A model generated the notes under the pieces. It was not told the origin of the DNA. It was given only the letters and a program-made list of their open reading frames with translations, and did no database searches. A stretch of DNA of 64,000 nt, from positions 1,054,001-1,118,000 of the forward strand of contig OZ237735.1 in assembly GCA_965178125.1 (NCBI GenBank), written 5' to 3'. This stretch comes from Bilabrum cf. latius (Eukaryota). The position numbers were made by a program, and so were the translations under genes. Below, one piece after another: positions 45,001-54,936 of this stretch (positions are counted from its first letter, which is position 1; every line of letters begins with the position of its first letter).

Positions 45001-48000
45001 GCCACGCTCACCGCGCCCGATGACGCGGATGCCGCATCGCCAGACCGCACAGTCACCGTGCCCGTCACATCCTTGTCAGACACGCCCGACAGCACGCTCA
45101 CGCCGCCAGATGCAGCCGACACCGCCGCGCCCGATCCCACAGTCACCACGCCAGACACCGCGTTCGTCGATGCGCCCGACGCCACGCTCACCGCGCCCGA
45201 TGACGCGGATGCCGCATCGCCAGACCGCACAGTCACCGCGCCCGTCACATCCACGTCGGACGTGCCAGAGCCCACAGTCACCGCGCCCGACGAGTCAAGC
45301 GACGAAGACCCAGACAGCACGCTCACGCCGCCAGATGCAGCCGACACCGCCGCGCCCGATCCCACAGTCACCACGCCAGACACCGCGTTCGTCGATGCGC
45401 CCGACGCCACGCTCACCGCGCCCGATGACGCTGATGCCGCATCGCCAGACCGCACAGTCACCGTGCCCGTCACATCCTTGTCAGACACGCCCGACAGCAC
45501 GCTCATGCCGCCAGATGCAGCCGACACCGCCGCGCCCGAGCCCACAGTCACCACGCCAGACACCGCGTTCGTCGACGCGCCCGACGCCACGCTCACCGCG
45601 CCCGATGACGCTGATGCCGCATCGCCAGACCGCACAGTCACCGCGCCCGTCACATCCACGTCGGACGTGCCAGAGCCCACAGTCACCGCGCCCGACGAGT
45701 CAAGCGACGAAGACCCAGACAGCACGCTCACGCCGCCAGATGCAGCCGACACCGCCGCGCCCGATCCCACAGTCACCATGCCAGACACCGCGTTCGTCGA
45801 CGCGCCCGACGCCACGCTCACCGCGCCCGATGACGCGGATGCCGCATCGCCAGACCGCACAGTCACCGCGCCCGTCACATCCACGTCGGACGTGCCAGAG
45901 CCCACAGTCACCGCGCCCGACGAGTCAAGCGACGAAGACCCAGACAGCACGCTCACGCCGCCAGATGCAGCCGACACCGCCGCGCCCGATCCCACAGTCA
46001 CCACGCCAGACACCGCGTTCGTCGATGCGCCCGACGCCACGCTCACCGCGCCCGATGACGCGGATGCCGCATCGCCAGACCGCACAGTCACCGCGCCCGT
46101 CACATCCACGTCGGACGTGCCAGAGCCCACAGTCACCGCGCCCGACGAGTCAAGCGACGAAGACCCAGACAGCACGCTCACGCCGCCAGATGCAGCCGAC
46201 ACCGCCGCGCCCGAGCCCACAGTCACCACGCCAGACACCGCGTTCGTCGATGCGCCCGACGCCACGCTCACCGCGCCCGATGACGCGGATGCCGCATCGC
46301 CAGACCGCACAGTCACCGCGCCCGTCACATCCTTGTCAGACACGCCCGACAGCACGCTCACGCCGCCAGATGCAGCCGACACCGCCGCGCCCGAGCCCAC
46401 AGTCACCACGCCAGACACCGCGTTCGTCGATGCGCCCGACGCCACGCTCACCGCGCCCGATGACGCAGATGCCGCATCGCCAGACCGCACAGTCACCGCG
46501 CCCGTCACATCCACGTCGGACGTGCCAGAGCCCACAGTCACCGCGCCCGACGAGTCAAGCGACGAAGACCCAGACAGCAAGCTCACGCCGCCAGATGCAG
46601 CCGACACCGCCGCGCCCGATCCCACAGTCACCATGCCAGACACCGCGTTCGTCGATGCGCCCGACGCCACGCTCACCGCGCCCGATGACGCGGATGCCGC
46701 ATCGCCAGACCGCACAGTCACCGCACCCGTCACATCCACGTCGGACGTGCCAGAGCCCACAGTCACCGCGCCCGACGAGTCAAGCGACGAAGACCCAGAC
46801 AGCACGCTCACGCCGCCAGATGCAGCCGACACCGCCGCGCCCGATCCCACAGTCACCACGCCAGACACCGCGTTCGTCGACGCGCCCGACGCCACGCTCA
46901 CCGCGCCCGATGACGCGGATGCCGCATCGCCAGACCGCACAGTCACCGCACCCGTCACATCCACGTTGGACGTGCCAGAGCCCACAGTCACCACGCCCGA
47001 CGAGTCAAGCGACGAAGACCCAGACAGCACGCTCACGCCGCCAGATGCAGCCGACACCGCCGCGCCCGATCCCACAGTCACCACGCCAGACACCGCGTTC
47101 GTCGATGCGCCCGACGCCACGCTCACCGCGCCCGATGACGCGGATGCCGCATCGCCAGACCGCACAGTCACCGCGCCCGTCACATCCTTGTCAGACACGC
47201 CCGACAGCACGCTCACGCCGCCAGATGCAGCCGACACCGCCGCGCCCGATCCCACAGTCACCATGCCAGACACCGCGTTCGTCGATGCGCCCGACGCCAC
47301 GCTCACCGCGCCCGATGACGCGGATGCCGCATCGCCAGACCGCACAGTCACCGCGCCCGTCACATCCACGTCGGACGTGCCAGAGCCCACAGTCACCGCG
47401 CCCGACGAGTCAAGCGACGAAGACCCAGACAGCACGCTCACGCCGCCAGATGCAGCCGACACCGCCGCGCCCGATCCCACAGTCACCACGCCAGACACCG
47501 CGTTCGTCGATGCGCCCGACGCCACGCTCACCGCGCCCGATGACGCGGATGCCGCATCGCCAGACCGCACAGTCACCGCGCCCGTCACATCCACGTCGGA
47601 CGTGCCAGAGCCCACAGTCACCGCGCCCGACGAGTCAAGCGACGAAGACCCAGACAGCACGCTCACGCCGCCAGATGCAGCCGACACCGCCGCGCCCGAT
47701 CCCACAGTCACCACGCCAGACACCGCGTTCGTCGACGCGCCCGACGCCACGCTCACCGCGCCCGATGACGCGGATGCCGCATCGCCAGACCGCACAGTCA
47801 CCGCGCCCGTCACATCCTTGTCAGACACGCCCGACAGCACGCTCACGCCGCCAGATGCAGCCGACACCGCCGCGCCCGATCCCACAGTCACCATGCCAGA
47901 CACCGCGTTCGTCGATGCGCCCGACGCCACGCTCACCGCGCCCGATGACGCGGATGCCGCATCGCCAGACCGCACAGTCACCGCGCCCGTCACATCCACG

Positions 48001-51000
48001 TCGGACGTGCCAGAGCCCACAGTCACCGCGCCCGACGAGTCAAGCGACGAAGACCCAGACAGCACGCTCACGCCGCCAGATGCAGCCGACACCGCCGCGC
48101 CCGAGCCCACAGTCACCACGCCAGACACCGCGTTCGTCGATGCGCCCGACGCCACGCTCACCGCGCCCGATGACGCTGATGCCGCATCGCCAGACCGCAC
48201 AGTCACCGCGCCCGTCACATCCACGTCGGACGTGCCAGAGCCCACAGTCACCGCGCCCGACGAGTCAAGCGACGAAGACCCAGACAGCACGCTCACGCCG
48301 CCAGATGCAGCCGACACCGCCGCGCCCGATCCCACAGTCACCACGCCAGACACCGCGTTCGTCGATGCGCCCGACGCCACGCTCACCGCGCCCGATGACG
48401 CGGATGCCGCATCGCCAGACCGCACAGTCACCGCGCCCGTCACATCCACGTCGGACGTGCCAGAGCCCACAGTCACCGCGCCCGACGAGTCAAGCGACGA
48501 AGACCCAGACAGCACGCTCACGCCGCCAGATGCAGCCGACACCGCCGCGCCCGAGCCCACAGTCACCATGCCAGACACCGCGTTCGTCGATGCGCCCGAC
48601 GCCACGCTCACCGCGCCCGATGACGCGGATGCCGCATCGCCAGACCGCACAGTCACCGCGCCCGTCACATCCACGTCGGACGTACCAGAGCCCACAGTCA
48701 CCGCGCCCGACGAGTCAAGCGACGAAGACCCAGACAGCACGCTCACGCCGCCAGATGCAGCCGACACCGCCGCGCCCGATCCCACAGTCACCACGCCAGA
48801 CACCGCGTTCGTCGATGCGCCCGACGCCACGCTCACCGCGCCCGATGACGCGGATGCCGCATCGCCAGACCGCACAGTCACCGTGCCAGTCACATCCACG
48901 TCGGACGTGCCAGAGCCCACAGTCACCGCGCCCGACGAGTCAAGCGACGAAGACCCAGACAGCACGCTCACGCCGCCAGATGCAGCCGACACCGCCGCGC
49001 CCGAGCCCACAGTCACCACGCCAGACACCGCGTTCGTCGATGCGCCCGACGCCACGCTCACCGCGCCCGATGACGCTGATGCCGCGTCGCCAGACCGCAC
49101 AGTCACCGCGCCCGTCACATCCACGTCGGACGTGCCAGAGCCCACAGTCACCGCGCCCGACGAGTCAAGCGACGAAGACCCAGACAGCACGCTCACGCCG
49201 CCAGATGCAGCCGACACCGCCGCGCCCGAGCCCACAGTCACCACGCCAGACACCGCGTTCGTCGATGCGCCCGACGCCACGCTCACCGCGCCCGATGACG
49301 CGGATGCCGCATCGCCAGACCGCACAGTCACCGCACCCGTCACATCCACGTCGGACGTGCCAGAGCCCACAGTCACCGCGCCCGACGAGTCAAGCGACGA
49401 AGACCCAGACAGCACGCTCACGCCGCCAGATGCAGCCGACACCGCCGCGCCCGATCCCACAGTCACCACGCCAGACACCGCGTTCGTCGATGCGCCCGAC
49501 GCCACGCTCACCGCGCCCGATGACGCTGATGCCGCGTCGCCAGACCGCACAGTCACCGCGCCCGTCACATCCACGTCGGACGTGCCAGAGCCCACAGTCA
49601 CCACGCCCGACGAGTCAAGCGACGAAGACCCAGACAGCACGCTCACGCCGCCAGATGCAGCCGACACCGCCGCGCCCGAGCCCACAGTCACCACGCCAGA
49701 CACCGCGTTCGTCGATGCGCCCGACGCCACGCTCACCGCGCCCGATGACGCGGATGCCGCATCGCCAGACCGCACAGTCACCGTGCCCGTCACATCCTTG
49801 TCAGACACGCCCGACAGCACGCTCACGCCGCCAGATGCAGCCGACACCGCCGCGCCCGAGCCCACAGTCACCACGCCAGACACCGCGTTCGTCGATGCGC
49901 CCGACGCCACGCTCACCGCGCCCGATGACGCGGATGCCGCATCGCCAGACCGCACAGTCACCGCGCCCGTCACATCCTTGTCAGACACGCCCGACAGCAC
50001 GCTCACGCCGCCAGATGCAGCCGACACCGCCGCGCCCGAGCCCACAGTCACCACGCCAGACACCGCGTTCGTCGATGCGCCCGACGCCACGCTCACCGCG
50101 CCCGATGACGCTGATGCCGCATCGCCAGACCGCACAGTCACCGCGCCCGTCACATCCACGTCGGACGTACCAGAGCCCACAGTCACCGCGCCCGACGAGT
50201 CAAGCGACGAAGGCCCAGACAGCACGCTCACGCCGCCAGATGCAGCCGACACCGCCGCGCCCGAGCCCACAGTCACCACGCCAGACACCGCGTTCGTCGA
50301 TGCGCCCGACAGCACGCTCACCGCGCCCGATGACGCTGATGCCGCATCGCCAGACCGCACAGTCACCGCGCCCGTCACATCCTTGTCAGACACGCCCGAC
50401 AGCACGCTCACGCCGCCAGATGCAGCTGACACCGCCGCGCCCGATCCCACAGTCACCACGCCAGACACCGCGTTCGTCGATGCGCCCGACGCCACGCTCA
50501 CCGCGCCCGATGACGCGGATGCCGCATCGCCAGACCGCACAGTCACCGCGCCCGTCACATCCACGTCGGACGTGCCAGAGCCCACAGTCACCGCGCCCGA
50601 CGAGTCAAGCGACGAAGACCCAGACAGCACGCTCACGCCGCCAGATGCAGCCGACACCGCCGCGCCCGATCCCACAGTCACCACGCCAGACACCGCGTTC
50701 GTCGATGCGCCCGATGCCACGCTCACCGCGCCCGATGACGCAGATGCCGCATCGCCAGACCGCACAGTCACCGCGCCCGTCACATCCACGTCGGACGTGC
50801 CAGAGCCCACAGTCACCGCGCCCGACGAGTCAAGCGACGAAGACCCAGACAGCACGCTCACGCCGCCAGATGCAGCCGACACTGCCGCGCCCGATCCCAC
50901 AGTCACCACGCCAGACACCGCGTTCGTCGATGCGCCCGACGCCACGCTCACCGCGCCCGATGACGCTGATGCCGCATCGCCAGACCGCACAGTCACCGCG

Positions 51001-54000
51001 CCCGTCACATCCACGTCGGACGTGCCAGAGCCCACAGTCACCGCGCCCGACGAGTCAAGCGACGAAGACCCAGACAGCACGCTCACGCCGCCAGATGCAG
51101 CCGACACCGCCGCGCCCGAGCCCACAGTCACCACGCCAGACACCGCGTTCGTCGATGCGCCCGACGCCACGCTCACCGCGCCCGATGACGCTGATGCCGC
51201 ATCGCCAGACCGCACAGTCACCGCGCCCGTCACATCCTTGTCAGACACGCCCGACAGCACGCTCACGCCGCCAGATGCAGCCGACACCGCCGCGCCCGAG
51301 CCCACAGTCACCACGCCAGACACCGCGTTCGTCGATGCGCCCGACGCCACGCTCACCGCGCCCGATGACGCGGATGCCGCATCGCCAGACCGCACAGTCA
51401 CCGCGCCCGTCACATCCACGTCGGACGTGCCAGAGCCCACAGTCACCGCGCCCGACGAGTCAAGCGACGAAGACCCAGACAGCACGCTCACGCCGCCAGA
51501 TGCAGCCGACACCGCCGCGCCCGAGCCCACAGTCACCACGCCAGACACCGCGTTCGTCGATGCGCCCGACGCCACGCTCACCGCGCCCGATGACGCTGAT
51601 GCCGCATCGCCAGACCGCACAGTCACCGCGCCCGTCACATCCACGTCGGACGTACCAGAGCCCACAGTCACCGCGCCCGACGAGTCAAGCGACGAAGACC
51701 CAGACAGCACGCTCACGCCGCCAGATGCAGCCGACACCGCCGCGCCCGAGCCCACAGTCACCACGCCAGACACCGCGTTCGTCGATGCGCCCGACGCCAC
51801 GCTCACCGCGCCCGATGACGCGGATGCCGCATCGCCAGACCGCACAGTCACCGTGCCCGTCACATCCTTGTCAGACACGCCCGACAGCACGCTCACGCCG
51901 CCAGATGCAGCCGACACCGCCGCGCCCGAGCCCACAGTCACCACGCCAGACACCGCGTTCGTCGATGCGCCCGACGCCACGCTCACCGCGCCCGATGACG
52001 CTGATGCCGCATCGCCAGACCGCACAGTCACCGCGCCCGTCACATCCTTGTCAGACACGCCCGACAGCACGCTCACGCCGCCAGATGCAGCCGACACCGC
52101 CGCGCCCGATCCCACAGTCACCATGCCAGACACCGCGTTCGTCGATGCGCCCGACGCCACGCTCACCGCGCCCGATGACGCGGATACCGCATCGCCAGAC
52201 CGCACAGTCACCGCGCCCGTCACATCCACGTCGGACGTGCCAGAGCCCACAGTCACCGCGCCCGACGAGTCAAGCGACGAAGACCCAGACAGCACGCTCA
52301 CGCCGCCAGATGCAGCCGACACCGCCGCGCCCGAGCCCACAGTCACCACGCCAGACACCGCGTTCGTCGATGCGCCCGACGCCACGCTCACCGCGCCCGA
52401 TGACGCTGATGCCGCATCGCCAGACCGCACAGTCACCGCGCCCGTCACATCCTTGTCAGACACGCCCGACAGCACGCTCACGCCGCCAGATGCAGCCGAC
52501 ACCGCCGCGCCCGATCCCACAGTCACCACGCCAGACACCGCGTTCGTCGATGCGCCCGACGCCACGCTCACCGCGCCCGATGACGCAGATGCCGCATCGC
52601 CAGACCGCACAGTCACCGTGCCCGTCACATCCACGTCGGACGTGCCAGAGCCCACAGTCACCGCGCCCGACGAGTCAAGCGACGAAGACCCAGACAGCAC
52701 GCTCACGCCGCCAGATGCAGCCGACACCGCCGCGCCCGATCCCACAGTCACCACGCCAGACACCGCGTTCGTCGATGCGCCCGACGCCACGCTCACCGCG
52801 CCCGATGTCGCGGATGCCGCATCGCCAGACCGCACAGTCACCGCGCCCGTCACATCCTTGTCAGACACGCCCGACAGCACGCTCACGCCGCCAGATGCAG
52901 CCGACACCGCCGCGCCCGAGCCCACAGTCACCACGCCAGACACCGCGTTCGTCGATGCGCCCGACGCCACGCTCACCGCGCCCGATGACGCTGATGCCGC
53001 ATCGCCAGACCGCACAGTCACCGCGCCCGTCACATCCACGTCGGACGTGCCAGAGCCCACAGTCACCGCGCCCGACGAGTCAAGCGACGAAGACCCAGAC
53101 AGCACGCTCACGCCGCCAGATGCAGCCGACACCGCCGCGCCCGAGCCCACAGTCACCACGCCAGACACCGCGTTCGTCGACGCGCCCGACGCCACGCTCA
53201 CCGCGCCCGATGACGCTGATGCCGCATCGCCAGACCGCACAGTCACCGCGCCCGTCACATCCTTGTCAGACACGCCCGACAGCACGCTCACGCCGCCAGA
53301 TGCAGCTGACACCGCCGCGCCCGATCCCACAGTCACCACGCCAGACACCGCGTTCGTCGATGCGCCCGACGACACGCTCACCGCGCCCGATGACGCTGAT
53401 GCCGCATCGCCAGACCGCACAGTCACCGCGCCCGTCACATCCTTGTCAGACACGCCCGACAGCACGCTCACGCCGCCAGATGCAGCCGACACCGCCGCGC
53501 CCGATCCCACAGTCACCATGCCAGACACCGCGTTCGTCGATGCGCCCGACGCCACGCTCACCGCGCCCGATGACGCGGATGCCGCATCGCCAGACCGCAC
53601 AGTCACCGCGCCCGTCACATCCTTGTCAGACACGCCCGACAGCACGCTCACGCCGCCAGATGCAGCCGACACCGCCGTGCCCGATCCCACAGTCACCACG
53701 CCAGACACCGCGTTCGTCGATGCGCCCGACGACACGCTCACCGCGCCCGATGACGCGGATGCCGCATCGCCAGACCGCACAGTCACCGCGCCAGTCACAT
53801 CCTTGTCAGACACGCCCGACAGCACGCTCACGCCGCCAGATGCAGCCGACACCGCCGCGCCCGATCCCACAGTCACCACGCCAGACACCGCGTTCGTCGA
53901 CGCGCCCGACGACACGCTCACCGCGCCCGATGACGCGGATGCCGCATCACCAGACCGCACAGTCACCGCGCCCGTCACATCCACGTCGGACGTGCCAGAG

Positions 54001-54936
54001 CCCACAGTCACCGCGCCCGACGAGTCAAGCGACGAAGACCCAGACAGCACGCTCACGCCGCCAGATGCAGCCGACACCGCCGCGCCCGATCCCACAGTCA
54101 CCACGCCAGACACCGCGTTCGTCGACGCGCCCGACGCCACGCTCACCGCGCCCGATGACGCTGATGCCGCATCGCCAGACCGCACAGTCACCGCGCCCGT
54201 CACATCCACGTCGGACGTGCCAGAGCCCACAGTCACCGTGCCCGACGAGTCAAGCGACGAAGACCCAGACAGCACGCTCACGCCGCCAGATGCAGCCGAC
54301 ACCGCCGCGCCCGAGCCCACAGTCACCACGCCAGACACCGCGTTCGTCGATGCGCCCGACGCCACGCTCACCGCGCCCGATGACGCGGATGCCGCATCGC
54401 CAGACCGCACAGTCACCGCGCCCGTCACATCCTTGTCAGACACGCCCGACAGCACGCTCACGCCGCCAGATGCAGCCGACACCGCCGCGCCCGATCCCAC
54501 AGTCACCACGCCAGACACCGCGTTCGTCGATGCGCCCGACGCCACGCTCACCGCGCCCGATGACGCGGATGCCGCATCGCCAGACCGCACAGTCACCGCG
54601 CCCGTCACATCCACGTCGGACGTGCCAGAGCCCACAGTCACCGCGCCCGACGAGTCAAGCGACGAAGACCCAGACAGCACGCTCACGCCGCCAGATGCAG
54701 CCGACACCGCCGCGCCCGATCCCACAGTCACCACGCCAGACACCGCGTTCGTCGATGCGCCCGACGCCACGCTCACCGCGCCCGATGACGCGGATGCCGC
54801 ATCGCCAGACCGCACAGTCACCGCGCCCGTCACATCCTTGTCAGACACGCCCGACAGCACGCTCACGCCGCCAGATGCAGCCGACACCGCCGCGCCCGAT
54901 CCCACAGTCACCACGCCAGACACCGCATTCGTCGAT
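1..54936 (-). repeat. Coding tandem array A: interspersed 180-bp (60 aa) and 225-bp (75 aa) units made of 45-bp subunits, roughly 270 units
   Basis: Short unit, minus strand: SGVVTVGSGAAVSAA-SGGVSVLSGVSDKDV-TG[A/T]VTVRSGDAASAS-SGAVSVASGASTNAV. The long unit replaces the second coil with SGGVSVLSGSSSLDS-SGAVTVGSGTSDVDV. Copies are near-identical. The array ends at ...gcattcgtcgat (54936). Unit count is estimated from length. Confidence 0.97.

Noticed and set aside
1-54936. Ice-nucleation protein (InaZ-like)
   Set aside because: The period is 15 aa rather than 16 and the AGYGSTxTA consensus is absent; only a general solenoid resemblance remains.
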